A stretch of 64,000 nucleotides of DNA from an uncultured Nitrososphaeraceae archaeon (GTDB lineage: Archaea > Thermoproteota > Nitrososphaeria > Nitrososphaerales > Nitrososphaeraceae): NCBI GenBank assembly GCA_963837175.1, contig CAWIMJ010000010.1, positions 28,453 to 92,452 of the forward strand. The letters run 5' to 3'. The translations under genes and the position numbers were made by a program. Shown here piece after piece: positions 22,218 through 34,187 of the stretch. The stretch's first letter is position 1. Each line of letters starts with the position of its first letter. The notes under the pieces are model-generated. The model saw only the letters and a list, made by a program, of their open reading frames with translations. It made no database searches and had not been told where the DNA came from.

Positions 22218-23620
22218 AGATAATAAGCAAAAGTAAAAAATAACAAAAACAGCTGCACGTACGAGATATCCTTTTCTTTCTTTTTTTATAGTTTTTTTAT
22301 GAACTTGGTTTTGCTATTATAAAATTAATATCTAAGCTTAAAATGATAGTAAAAGCAATCAATGCTAAGATTTTTATTTTTATAGTTTTCAGAGATTTCC
22401 ATGTTCTCTCACATATTCATAAAAAATACTAATCAAAATAGAGTGAGAATCAGGTATAAAATCAATTTTATTTACTGTACTATTCAGTATAATAGCCAAT
22501 ATCTATTATTACCTGATTTCTTTCTGACATTTGGACGGGACAGTAATATTCTTCTTGTTTAGGAGAAGTTGTAACGGCTTACTATAGTGTAACTCAGATA
22601 AATACAAAGGTCTCATGAAAATTTGAGTAGCAATCTTTAGGAATACAGAGAGTATGTTGCTAATCAATTCTATAATTTGCAATGAATATTAAGTTCCCAT
22701 AAAATAGCGATATAATTAACATATGGGTATAAGTATTGCATCAGCCATGAGCGGAGGACAGGAAAGAGAATTTGAAGAAGGTGCCGCAGGAACAAACAAA
22801 CAAAAGAATCAAATTTTAATACTACTCTTTTCTTATGATATTTTTCTTTATAACTATACAAGTAAGCATCATCCTTCTGAAAGCTGTTGATATTCTGTGA
22901 CCTCTAGTCATACCATGACAGCTAGGAAAATATAAAAAAATAAATTATTACGAACTAAAGTGGCTGCATTCTATATCAGTATGTTGTAGATAGGTCTTAA
23001 TAGTCTCATTATAATCTATAAAAACAACTATGCAGTGTAATGCCTCTTCATTTACAAGACGTCTTTTGAACTACCAACATATTCTGTTCTTCTGAAAGTT
23101 TGTGTCTTGGTCTTTTTGCTTTGTTGTCATATTCTTAATTATTAATATTAATGCACTATCTGATAAGTCTCTGGATTATTTTGTGAGAGGATAAAATGCC
23201 ATTGAGTTTGACTATTATCTTATTTAATAATATAGTTAAGAATAATGAATCTGCAATCAATATATAGTATACGTGCTGTTGATGACTAAATGGAGAAGAT
23301 TCGTAGTAGAAAATCATATATAAAAGAAAAAGATAAATTTGTCGAACAGCGAAAAAAAGAAGAAAAATCATCAAATGAGATCTATTCGTTGGTAGATAAA
23401 GCGTATTATGTAGACGAACTCCTTTACAAAATAGGCAGATAGATCCACTCAACTAATATAACTCTCCTGTTGAGAGTAAGAATTGCCTCTTCATGGTATT
23501 CTGCTCTATAAATACTATATTTGAACAAAAAACAAGCAGCCAATTACCTTAAAAATCACCTTATGCAAACAAACAAAGAATAGATGCTTTGTATGTCGAT
23601 GAAGTCTAAAAAGAATATTT

Positions 23621-23731
23621 ATGAGCAATACAGAAGCATCAGAAGATAATACCGAATCTCCTTCGAGATATGGAAATGAAACTTATAAGGGATATAGAAA
23701 GGAGAAAAAGAAACCAGGAACAAAAGGATGA
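23621..23731 (+). CDS. 36-aa hydrophilic microprotein, paralog of 35535..35711
   Basis: MSNTEASEDNTESPSRYGNETYKGYRKEKKKPGTKG. Confidence 0.65.
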   Translation: MSNTEASEDNTESPSRYGNETYKGYRKEKKKPGTKG

Positions 23732-23746
23732 AAAGAATTAAGCGGT

Positions 23747-23772
23747 CTGAACATATTATATAGTATGTTCAG
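23747..23772. other. Near-perfect palindrome just downstream of the microprotein gene
   Basis: CTGAACATATTAT-ATAGTATGTTCAG. Confidence 0.65.
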
Positions 23773-24841
23773 GTTGTCCACCCACATTATTTGCCTACTA
23801 TTTTTTCCTCATATTTTCTAATAATTAAAACATGAAATAACAGGCTGTAAATCAGAAATATAACTATAATGATAATGTATTCACAAAATGATTACTTCTT
23901 AACGCTAAACAGCCTGGTGCGTTCAATTTTAGACCAACATCAAACAATACTACATGAAGCAGAAGATAAAATTTTATCCATAATTTATTAATCAGCATAT
24001 GAAAATTATATTCGTCTATTTATTTCAGTCTTTGGCTACATATGACTCCAGTTTTACTTTAAAATCAGCAGTAGCAGGTTGTCTTCTTCTTGTTGTTATT
24101 GCATTACTTTAAACGATAATAGCATTTTTCAGCAAAAAAACGCAACTTTCAAGGTTCTCTTTTTTTCTTTAATTGAGGTAAAATAATACATTATAATTTC
24201 AACTCTGTGAGTATAGGAGAAGTAAGGGTAGATCTTATAACATTATTTGCCAGATCCGGAGCATTTTACAAAATAGAATTCTGAAGCAAGATTTGATTTT
24301 ATTTTTATCTCACTTATTACCTATTCATCTGGTCAGTAAATCACAGGTACGGTAATAATTTTAGAAAATCCAGAAGGAAAAAGTTGAAGGGATTTGATAT
24401 TGTATTAAGTGGCATAGAATTTGCTGTTGCTCAGTGATTAAAATGAGTAACCACAATTGAGAAGTATGGAACAAAATCATACTTCGAATCTCGGATCCTT
24501 TGTGCATTCACCACCATGATGTAATACTTTACAGGCAACATATGCTCTCTATTAGTTGTTAACGCTCCATCGTTGTGACTAAAATTAAAAACTCTCAAAA
24601 AGTTATAAAATGCCATGTGAACAAGTAGCAGTTTCTTTTGATAGTTCCCATCCTTTTGAAATGGCTGGAGTCCTGTATTGAATTCATGCGTATCTAATGT
24701 TCTTCTATAAAACATATCTTGATAGTAAGTCTTAAAGATGAGTGCAAAGTGATGGCAAAGAAGATAGAGATTCTATTTTTTGATCTAAAGGACGAATTTA
24801 AGATATTGAAATTAAAATAAGTTAAGAATAGTTCTTTGTAA

Positions 24842-25903
24842 TTATCTTGTTTGATTTTGTTGCTGTTGCTGTTGTTGTGGATATGGTAATGGTAACTGGA
24901 AGAAAGGAACCCCTCCACTGTTACCAAGAGAATAAGGCAATTGTCCATTCCACTTGTTAATTGATTGCCATTGTAGATATTGGGGATTTTGACGTAGTTG
25001 TTCATTAATAATCTTGATAGCTTGTGATTCTCCGTTAGCTTTAGCAATATTTGCTCTGGCTTGTGCTTCTGCTTGTACAACTGTCTGATTTGCAATCACC
25101 TGTATCGATCTCAGATTGTTCTGCTCGGTCAGATATTTTTGGAATGCTACTACTTTTGCTTCAATTTGGGCAGCAAATGATTGTGAAAACTTGAAATCAG
25201 TTATAAATACTGTCTCAACAACTATGTTTCTATTGGAAAGTGTATTCCGTATAGCATTAGCTATTACACCCTTTGCAGTCTCTCTTTTAGTTATAAGCTC
25301 TTCAGCATTGAATTTTGCAACACTTGCTTTAACTGACTCCTGTATCGTAGGCGCAATTATTCTATCAGAATAATCAGCTCCAAGCTGCTGGTATATTAGA
25401 TTTGCATCACTTGGGTCAATATGATAGTTCAACGCTATTACTGTCTGTACTTCTTGTAAATCATTGGACGCTGCCGATGCCTCGGCTTGATATTTTAGAG
25501 TGCGCACTTCTAATTGTATTACCTGCTCAGCAAATGGAATTACAAAATGTACTCCTTCTCCCAATACCCTGTTTTCTACGGCACCTAAGTAAAGTACGAC
25601 TCCTCTATGTCCTGCTTGTACTATAACCACAGATTCAGCCATTACTATTATTATGACAATGAATGTCGCTATAGCAGCTATAATTTTTAATTTGTTTGGT
25701 GCTGTAGGCAAACCTGATATTATAGAAGACCTATCTGATCTACCACCGTCTCTTATTAGATTATTGTCTGCATCGTATGAATCTTGTCCTACTGGTCGAG
25801 TCATTTCTCGCCTTCGTCGTTGAAAGATAAGATTTACTACAAAAGCACCTACAATAAGTATTATTATAAGCGTAATTGCCATTGACAGGTCTATAATAGC
25901 CAA
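24842..25903 (-). CDS. Prohibitin/SPFH (band 7) membrane protein
   Basis: VQAGHRGVV, LGEGVHFVIPF, SNDLQEV, AKFNAEELITKR, INKWNGQLP; two N-terminal TM segments. Confidence 0.95.
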   Translation of the reverse strand: MAIIDLSMAITLIIILIVGAFVVNLIFQRRRREMTRPVGQDSYDADNNLIRDGGRSDRSSIISGLPTAPNKLKIIAAIATFIVIIIVMAESVVIVQAGHRGVVLYLGAVENRVLGEGVHFVIPFAEQVIQLEVRTLKYQAEASAASNDLQEVQTVIALNYHIDPSDANLIYQQLGADYSDRIIAPTIQESVKASVAKFNAEELITKRETAKGVIANAIRNTLSNRNIVVETVFITDFKFSQSFAAQIEAKVVAFQKYLTEQNNLRSIQVIANQTVVQAEAQARANIAKANGESQAIKIINEQLRQNPQYLQWQSINKWNGQLPYSLGNSGGVPFFQLPLPYPQQQQQQQNQTR

Positions 25904-25970
25904 TTGTTACTGGATAATATATCCACTTTTGACCATTTAAGTACATCTGATGATTTAGTTATTCTTACAA

Positions 25971-26303
25971 CTATTGTAACGGATTAATCGAATGCCCTAT
26001 AACATCATTACCTTTCCTCATAATACAGCATGCGCATTTTTGTTGCAAGCATACTTTAGCCTGTTCATGTTTGCAAATTAAACAAATACATGCTTGTTTA
26101 GTAATCGTGGTAAGCGTTCTCTGCTGTTTTGATTTCTCATCAGCATAAAGCCATAACAAAATTAGAGGTATACCTATTGCAAAAAATATGAGTATTGTTC
26201 GTATAGGTATCCGGAAAACAAATAATGATATTCCGAAACATAAGGTAACTATACCTAGAATTGAAATCCAACGTGTTGTTTTATCCATTATATATACACA
26301 CAC
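25971..26303 (-). CDS. Two-TM protein with Cys-rich C-terminus
   Basis: Two hydrophobic helices, then CICLICKHEQAKVCLQQKCACC. Confidence 0.7.
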   Translation of the reverse strand: MCVYIMDKTTRWISILGIVTLCFGISLFVFRIPIRTILIFFAIGIPLILLWLYADEKSKQQRTLTTITKQACICLICKHEQAKVCLQQKCACCIMRKGNDVIGHSINPLQ

Positions 26304-26575
26304 ACCTGTCGAATGTACTGCATCTCTTCATCAGCAGCTTCTGTATCAGATGATGATTGTTTTATTATCATTTGTTTGTGTTTTTTATATTTCCTTCTAA
26401 GGTCTAAAATTTCTATTAAGTGCTCTAATGAAAGTTTTGATATTGTAGAGTCACACTGGATATCCTTCACATCAAGCCTTTCTTCAGTTAATCTAACTGT
26501 CTTGTCTTGCTGCTCCATTTCTTCTATTGTTAATATATTGTTTGCCAAAAATCCGTAATAAGTAAATTGATTCAT
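26288..26575 (-). CDS. Hypothetical protein, first gene of the putative SPFH operon
   Basis: Charged helical ORF overlapping the next gene. Confidence 0.45.
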   Translation of the reverse strand: MNQFTYYGFLANNILTIEEMEQQDKTVRLTEERLDVKDIQCDSTISKLSLEHLIEILDLRRKYKKHKQMIIKQSSSDTEAADEEMQYIRQVCVYI

Positions 26576-26909
26576 AATTATACATAGTGTAATACTACCA
26601 GCCTACTAATTACTATATAGGTCGTAATTAATAACGGCACAGGTACATCAGCTGCCCTGATTACTTTATGGTTTACATGTTCTTTATATAATTCTATTAT
26701 TGCATATTTGTCAATATAGATGACAGCTTGGTGTGTATACTTTGTATTTTTATTATTATTTCTCTAAACTATTCTTATTTCTTATTATTATTATTATCGA
26801 ATAAAGAAAATTTTAGTGCAATGCCATATATATTTATGGTAGCATAAAGCCCTGAAACTAATTGCTTTTTGACTGACAGTCATCAAATTTAATTATAATA
26901 TGTCACACA

Positions 26910-27696
26910 GGCTCTGTTAACTTAGCGATAAATCTATAGCTGGATGAATCCTACTTCTTTTATGCACATATTTATTTAAAAGAAACAGAACGTCTGCAAA
27001 GTACGTTTGTTATGGGTTATACTTTATATTATTTTTTAGGATTATCTTTTAGAGATACCTCAAAAGCTTTATCTCCATTTGTTAAAAAAAAGAAGTCATG
27101 TTTCAATTTGAAAGTGGTTACAGCAGCATCATTATAATCCCCAAAAAATATACTGTGTAAAAGAAAAAGGATTTCTGAATTTATCATTGATGAAACCCTA
27201 ATTCATTCAAATAGGCAAGGACTATTTCTGGTTATGGATTGGTTGCTATTATAGAACCATCCAATAAATAAGGAAGTAAGTTTTAGGAATTCACCTTTCA
27301 TTGGAAAGAAGAAATATGATTGTAGTAGTAGAGCAGAACAGTTTCTGAAGCATTTAGTAATAAAATAGGCAAAACTTAAAGTATCTTCAGATGGCGGTGG
27401 ACATGGTAGCTACCACCACCACAAGCCTGCAAATTTCTGAAATTAAAACATCATCATCATCTACATATATTCTTAATTTGAAAAAAGTATCATCATATAT
27501 AGAAATAAAGAACAGGTACAATATTTTAAGGACAGGACTGAAAGTTTTGATGATTATTATTATTTTCCTTGTACTAAGAAGAAGAAGAAGAAAAGATGCA
27601 AATTGTATCACGTTATAAATTGGTTGAGTATTTTTGCGGATATTCATAATAAACTTATTCAAAATGAGATGATGATGTTCTTAAGTTAACAGAACC
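26910..27696 (+). mobile_element. Degenerate IS6-family insertion sequence
   Basis: TIRs GGCTCTGTTAACTTA / TAAGTTAACAGAACC; 8-bp TSD GTCACACA; transposase fragments KRISEFIIDETL, QACKFLKLKHH, QYFKDRTESFDDYYFPC. Confidence 0.9.
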
Positions 27697-28154
27697 GTCA
27701 CACATTATAGTCAATTCATATACAGTAAATGTAAATGAAAAGTGTATGCCTATGATTATACTAGCAATCACAACGACTGGAAGCAAGAATCATAACTTTC
27801 AGTTAGATATTTAGTTGCTTGTACCACAATATATTATAAAGACGAAAAAAATTGTAATGAGTAGTTTTTACATGAAGTTACATTTTCTAGATATTCATCT
27901 TGTTAATTTCCATAGTAAAATTAAAAATCCGAATAAAGAATACACATATTCTCAAGATTGTTTGCTGATATACTAAAAAATGACTGTGCAAAAGAAATAA
28001 TTTTCTTATACCTTTTGTGCTGCCATTTCCAATATTAACATTTGCTATCTATCCTCATTATCGAAATTACAGGTGAAAAATATCCGCATACGGTGGTGCT
28101 AGTAACAATAATAGTAGTAGCAGCAACTGGAATGGTTCTGCTAATACTAAAAAT

Positions 28155-28397
28155 ATGACATCTTTATCTGCTGATTTTAATTTTGCTGCCGTTGGAGATT
28201 GGGAATGTAAGGCCAAAACAAATAACACTGCAAATAACATAGTTGGTAAGAGCCCAGAATTAGTACTGGCGCTGGGCTACCTCTCATACAAACCTACTGC
28301 AGATGGCTGGTTTCAAATAATAGGTCCTATAGATGCTAAAATGAAAATTGTAACAGGAAATCATGACGTAGACCCTTTCTCTTTATTTAATTTCTAA
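28155..28397 (+). pseudogene. N-terminal fragment of a metallophosphoesterase
   Basis: FAAVGDW, LVLALGYLSY (degenerate GDxxY), GNHD, then truncated. Confidence 0.75.
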
Positions 28398-28471
28398 TTT
28401 TTTAGTTGATGAAAAGCCTCCTATTTCTGTTAGCTCTTTTATCCTATGCCAACCTCTTATTCTAGAAAATA

Positions 28472-28744
28472 CTATGTTATAACATCGTGCTCAACGAGGT
28501 TGTGTACATAAAGCGATTTTAAAATATCTAATACGATACCTTTGATATTACTTGACACATAATTTGCGGGTGGAAATAGAATTGTTAGTATCAATATTGT
28601 AAGGTATACAATACCTATCATTATGGCAAATTTAGCTAATGTATTAATGATGTCAAGGTTGCCAAACTTATAATAATTCATTATATTGGCATTTAAAGGA
28701 TCATAATATCTTGGTTCTTCATATATGTTAAGATATATGTTCAT
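28472..28744 (-). CDS. Possible small membrane protein
   Basis: One TM segment; lies directly downstream of 28775..29293. Confidence 0.35.
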   Translation of the reverse strand: MNIYLNIYEEPRYYDPLNANIMNYYKFGNLDIINTLAKFAIMIGIVYLTILILTILFPPANYVSSNIKGIVLDILKSLYVHNLVEHDVIT

Positions 28745-28774
28745 GAAATTAAAGTTAGAAAGCAGAGGTGTTGA

Positions 28775-29293
28775 TCATCCCATTAATTTTCTCATCGCTT
28801 CAGTAAGTTTGAGATCAATTGCATTAATCTGGGAATCCAGTTGATCTTGACTAACCCCGCTTTTGATCATATCTCTTAACTCAACTCTCATCATCTGTTC
28901 AATTTGTTCCTTTAGATCTTTTGCACCATGCTTCTCAAGATCCTGTTCCACATACTCAAAGTTATCAAGATACGCACGTATTGCAAGTTCTCCTGCGGCC
29001 GTGAAATTACCCTTTTTATATTCTACTGAAACCTGATGGAGTAGCTGTCTTGTAATTCCAATATGCTTGTCTGAACTATTAGCTTCAGTAATATTACTTG
29101 TGGTTGTAAACAACGTAATATATCCATTTTTGATTGCTTGTTGTTGTTGTTCTTCTTCGAATGCCAAAGCATTGTATCTTAATAACAACATTTGTGGCAG
29201 TGAGACCAGAGAGGCTGCAAAAATAACCAATCCACACGACAAGATCAATTTATTTTGTTTTGAAGTTTCATTATGTTTAATATTATATTTCAT
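28775..29293 (-). CDS. Secreted helical-bundle protein resembling the extracytoplasmic domain found with FTR1 iron permeases
   Basis: Signal/anchor plus LAIRAYLDNFEYVE..IEQMMRVELRDMI; paralogous to the C-terminus of 57568..58806. Confidence 0.8.
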   Translation of the reverse strand: MKYNIKHNETSKQNKLILSCGLVIFAASLVSLPQMLLLRYNALAFEEEQQQQAIKNGYITLFTTTSNITEANSSDKHIGITRQLLHQVSVEYKKGNFTAAGELAIRAYLDNFEYVEQDLEKHGAKDLKEQIEQMMRVELRDMIKSGVSQDQLDSQINAIDLKLTEAMRKLMG

Positions 29294-29309
29294 ATTAGGC
29301 TATCCTAAT
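29294..29309. promoter_or_regulatory. Palindromic operator ATTAGG-N4-CCTAAT
   Basis: ATTAGGCTATCCTAAT abutting the start codon; TATA-like TGTTTAAATA (minus strand) at 29326-29335. Confidence 0.75.
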
Positions 29310-29352
29310 AATCTCAGGCCAGTGTTATTTAAACATCCTGTGAAGTTTTAAG

Positions 29353-29432
29353 TTCTGTTTCTTTTAGAGTACACGATAGAGATACATATCATCTCAAAAG
29401 TTATAGTGTTTTCGCGTTAAGTTAACAGAGCC
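29353..29432 (-). mobile_element. Truncated left end of a second IS6 copy, inverted
   Basis: Exact reverse complement of TIR GGCTCTGTTAACTTA at 29418-29432, plus shared AAAAGAAACAGAAC (transposase start). Confidence 0.75.
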
Positions 29433-29794
29433 AGTTTTAATTTAGAAGTCAGTGTGCAATATATAACTATGACAATATCTTAGCCCCTAATAAGAAATAA
29501 CTATATAAAATACTATTGATGCTTTGAACGCAGCAAATTCAAAAGTAGCGGTTTATCCAATTATTCGAGATTATTCCAGCCACTAAACTAGCTGGCAAGA
29601 TAAGTAAATGATGGGAATTGGAGTGATAGTATTTGTTTTAAGGTGTACATGGTGGCTAAGAATACTAGTAGTAGGGCAGCAGCGTCAGGGGAATAATAAT
29701 AAAATGCCAATTTATATCCCCGTGGCTGCTCGCGGTAGTGTGTGGGTTTGCCTATGGATGTAGTTGTGGTTATCGTGTGGGATACTTGGTAATA

Positions 29795-30521
29795 TTGAAA
29801 ATTACTAGTAAATTCCAATTAAAGCTCAAAGATAGAGCAGTTGCAGGAGATATTCTAGGTAAGGTATTAAAGATGTAATAAAAAATGATGAAGAAAAGTA
29901 GCACAGTATTAGGAATCCCAAGAGGACGAGTGATAGTAGGAGATATTATAGCTAGAAAGTTATCCTGTAGATTTGATATTATCATACCAAGAAAACTACG
30001 TGCTCCACATAATGAAGAGCTTGCTATAGGCGCAGTAATGGAAGGCGGTAACAACAACTTATCTTATCTTAGCGATATCCTTGTGAGAGAATTAGAGGTA
30101 TCTCAAGAATATATAGAAAAATAAAAGCATATCAAATACAAGAAATAAACGTAGGTATTAATTATATCTTCGTCATCATGATAATGAGTATATGGAAAAA
30201 GAAGAAGACTACAATACTATCAATGGTAACAGGATTATAATCTTAGCAGATGATGGAGCTGCTACAGAAGCTTCAATTATTACTGCAGCTAGATGGATAA
30301 AGAAGAATAATAAGTCAAGAAACCATTTGATAATTGCTATTCCTGTAGCTTCTAAACAAACCAAAAAATTGTTAAAGAGAGAAGCTGGCAATATTGAAGT
30401 AATTACAAGTCCTTCTACTTCTAATTATAAATCAGTAGGACAATATTTTCAAAGCTTTGAACCTCTGACAAATAAAAAGTTATTCAGATTATGATGAGAA
30501 AAAAAGAATATTCTTGATTAG
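29795..30521 (+). pseudogene. Phosphoribosyltransferase pseudogene
   Basis: KDRAVAGDILG, VLGIPRGRV, RKLRAPHNEELAIGAV, IILADDGAAT, SVGQYFQSF; several stops and frameshifts. Confidence 0.85.
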
Positions 30522-30753
30522 TATAACACTATAAGCTGGCTTTGTTTGCTATGCTTTTTGTTTGGTAGTACGACAAAAATTTTTTAGCATTCTACTTACC
30601 GTCTTTTATATGTAGCATGAAGTTCTTGCTACTACATGGGCCTTCTAATAGCCTGTTAGAAATTGCAATAGTCAGTGCAGTCACTGCAAGTAGTACAAAC
30701 TCTTGTTCGCACAAAACAACCACCGAACTATGTCATTCATTTCTTTATCTCTT

Positions 30754-31320
30754 TTATTTTTTATTGTCATCAATATTCTTTTGCTTTTTTATGTAATAAA
30801 TAAGAATTACAGCGATAACTCCGATGATAACATAGTTGACAGGAGGAGCAATTACTCTTGTTATTAATCCCACTTTTGGAATAACATATACTACTTTACC
30901 GATATAATTTTCTTCTCTAATAGGATAATCAAGATATCGAATTGAATATGGATTAGCATCGCCTTTTGTTCTTATGATTCTCTCCCCGTCAGTCAAATCA
31001 GATTTTATAATCTGTGCAACTCTATGTACAATTACTTTATGTTCTCCCTCAGCTGATACACCGGGTGTTTTGAAAATTATAATATCACCAATTTTTAGTC
31101 TATTAAATGAAAAATTATCATCAATGCTATTACTATCACTATGTTTGATAATGACATAATCACCAACATTGAGGTTTGGTATCATACTTCCACTTGATAC
31201 TACATAAAATGGGTTATCGACACCAAATAGATATCTAATAGTACCAAGCCAAATTGTAACTGCAGATGCAATAACAACAACAATTACAATAATATATTTA
31301 ATTTGATGATTTGATAGCAT
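30754..31320 (-). CDS. Signal peptidase I (archaeal S26B/Sec11 type)
   Basis: VVSSGSMIP, IGDIIIF, IVHRV, TKGDAN, YIGKVVYVIPKVG. Confidence 0.92.
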   Translation of the reverse strand: MLSNHQIKYIIVIVVVIASAVTIWLGTIRYLFGVDNPFYVVSSGSMIPNLNVGDYVIIKHSDSNSIDDNFSFNRLKIGDIIIFKTPGVSAEGEHKVIVHRVAQIIKSDLTDGERIIRTKGDANPYSIRYLDYPIREENYIGKVVYVIPKVGLITRVIAPPVNYVIIGVIAVILIYYIKKQKNIDDNKK

Positions 31321-31944
31321 TTTGAATTCTTTTTCTATTTACAACAATTTTTATTTTTGCCATTTCATTCACTATTTGCAAACTATTTTTGCATGTTATC
31401 AATTCTGTCTAGAACAATAATTACATATAATAATTTATTGCTATATAATACAATGCATTGTAAATAGTATAGCCATTTATAAAAAAACTCACAAATGGAT
31501 AGCTTTTCTTATACAGTCTCCCATATGTAGATATTACATCTATGCCTATAGATTAAAGTCACAATACGAAAGATAATTCATGTACAATAATACAAATTCT
31601 ATTTAGATGCTCATTGTACTGGACAACGAAAGAATTAAGAACTGGCTAGAATTAACAGATGGTTTATGGAATAACTTAGAGATAGAATGCCGTCATCATT
31701 TCCATTTTCCAGATAGTAGCAGTATTTATATGATTAACTACTCTAAATTAATTTCTTGCTTATAGGCAATTACGCAAAGAAAACAGATTAACCGATGCTA
31801 TTCCAAAGATGATGCAAAATACGAGAATCCATATAGACGAAATGAGGGCTAACGAAAATATATTTTCAAATAATATGTTCTGTCGATTATGTTGTGATAT
31901 TCACATAAATAGTGTATATTGTAAGCTATAAAGTGTGTTGATAG

Positions 31945-32965
31945 ATGCTATGTTGCACGATTAGCTAAATCTTAAGATTAGGATCTGATAACTCAAATCG
32001 TTTTACTGAACATATTATATAATGACGCTTTTAGGAACATCTCTTTCACCATGTTAGGATATTTCTTAGCCATTATATGTTCTCCAAACATTCTTTTCAT
32101 ACAGGAAAAGACAGTTTCTGTCATCCATCTCTGTCCATAGCTTACGCTATGCTTCCATCTTTTGAGGTTTGCTTATTGTTTTACTACAGACATGTCCTAG
32201 CTTGATAGTTAGTTGTCTTGATCTTGGAATTACTTCTGGTCTTTATACCAGGTTTAATATGGTTATTTAATAGAGATCTAAAATTCTTATTGTTATCGTA
32301 CATATACCATCAGCTAACACATGCTTCACGTTATTATTTTCAGAAGCATTATCTACCCGCCTTCTTTCTTTAGCATCTTGCCATCATGTACCTCTTCATT
32401 TGTGACCTCCAAAGATAGGATTCTTTTCTTCTTGATATCTACTGATACGTGTATTTTCAGATATCCTTTTCTAACGTGCCATTTATGCCGCATCCATTCT
32501 CCTCCTCTATTTGCTACTTTGATACCTGTACTGTCTAAAGCAATCACAATATATCATCTCCTATTTTCTCATTGATTTTGATCTCTAGTTTGTTTATACA
32601 CGTCTACTAATGGTACTGTAATGAGGTATGTACAGGTACTTTTGTACTTGCATGAGCTATAACTATACCTTGTGTTTGTCTATATGGTAGATGAAAATAT
32701 ACTCCCATGTAACCTAGAAGCTGAATAAAGGAATTTGGATTATCGTAGGGTTCGCCAACCTTACCACGATTCATTTGAGATAATTCATGATCCCATCCAT
32801 TAAGTACATCAAAATCTAAGAGAACTTGACCACGTCGAACTAGTGATCCATCATAGAGAGGCCAATCCATCATATATGTGTGTAGAATCAGTACTATTAG
32901 TAAACTAAATGCAGACCGGTCAAATGAACATCATTTAAAACATAATGAATCGTGCAACAAAGCAT
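31945..32965 (-). mobile_element. Degenerate IS5-family (IS903-like) element
   Basis: 18-bp TIRs ATGCTATGTTGCACGATT / AATCGTGCAACAAAGCAT; 6-bp TSD TGATAG; fragments WPLYDGSLVRRG, LPYRQTQG, IALDSTGIKV, KIHVSVD. Confidence 0.92.
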
Positions 32966-33032
32966 TGATAGAGTTAGATAATATGCCTATGTTTTTATTA
33001 TTATTCTATATTCCAGTGTTGAAAGGTGTATG

Positions 33033-33237
33033 GAGTGTTGGGAAAACTGTTGGGAAACTGTGTAGAGTGTTGGGAAAACTGTTGGGAAACTGTGTAGAGT
33101 GTTGGGAAAACTGTTGGGAAACTGTGTAGAGTGTTGGGAAAACTGTTGGGAAACTGTGTAGAGTGTTGGGAAAACTGTTGGGAAACTGTGTAGAGTGTTG
33201 GGAAAACTGTTGGGAAACTGTGTAGAGTGTTGGGAAA
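33033..33237. repeat. Perfect 32-bp tandem repeat, 6 full copies plus 13 bp
   Basis: Unit GAGTGTTGGGAAAACTGTTGGGAAACTGTGTA at 33033, 33065, 33097, 33129, 33161, 33193; partial at 33225. Confidence 0.97.
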
Positions 33238-34187
33238 TTTCCTTAGTAATATAACTTATTGTATGGAAAAACGACGATACGACTCAACAATGTGATTTAG
33301 CAGATGTCATAGAATGATAAGTACATTTTTCCATATATTATTAATGAATACCTACTTGTTATTGGTAAGTATGTTATAAATTGAGAAATGATTAACTGCT
33401 AGTAGTAGTTGGTATGTGTTAGTTAACAAAATATGCCATATTTAGATTATTGAGATACTATTGAAATAGCAAATTCGTCTTCATTCTTCATGTACTATTA
33501 CATTCTTATACCCATCGTTGTTGTATTTATTGGATAATAATAAACTGAACACAATAATTATCTGCACATTTTTATCTACTGCATGTCTCGTTTGCTATCT
33601 CACATATGGTACTTAATCCTGAGCCGGTGACTTTTTGGCTTGGCTGCACTATTAGAGTATTGTTGTTATCTCATCCTCCTTTCTCTATTTTCTCAGCTCA
33701 CTTTGCTGAAGTTGGGTGCCACTTACACCATAAAGAACAACCGATATTGTTTTGTCTTCATTTAGGAAGTTATTGTGCAGCTTGACAATAAACGTTACTT
33801 CTCCTGATCCTGTATATGCTTGGTAGTTGCAATTATAGAAAACAGCAGAAAGAAGAACGATGGCAGTAATGGAATTAACAAACTTATGATTAATAATAAT
33901 TCAATTTTTCATACTACTACCGCTACGGATGTATTTACTATTCCGTTTCTAATATTCAAATAAAATTGTTATCTATTTAATATTTATTATTTTTAGCATT
34001 AACGTATATTACATTACAGAATATATTCTATAAACTTTACAGTTCGGTCAGCGCTTTAGAAATAATTCTTTTCCAGGTCATGTTAAACGAACACATATAA
34101 TCGGAGGAGAATAATGGATTATTAGAGAAATTTTTATCCAATTAGGGATGGGTTTAATATCTCTCCCTCCATCGCTCCCTCCTCACA

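Noticed and set aside
21883-22258. Minus-strand Cys/Leu/Ala-rich ORFs
   Set aside because: Antisense shadows of the AGC repeats of the plus-strand Ser-rich gene.
8775-28397. Split or trans-complementing phosphoesterase from the N and C fragments
   Set aside because: The middle region is missing and the GD motif is mutated; more likely independent remnants of a multi-copy family.
33033-33237. CRISPR array, or a coding CWEN repeat (ORF 32878..33129)
   Set aside because: No unique spacers and no cas genes; the 32-bp unit is not a multiple of 3, so the ORF is a by-product of the repeat.
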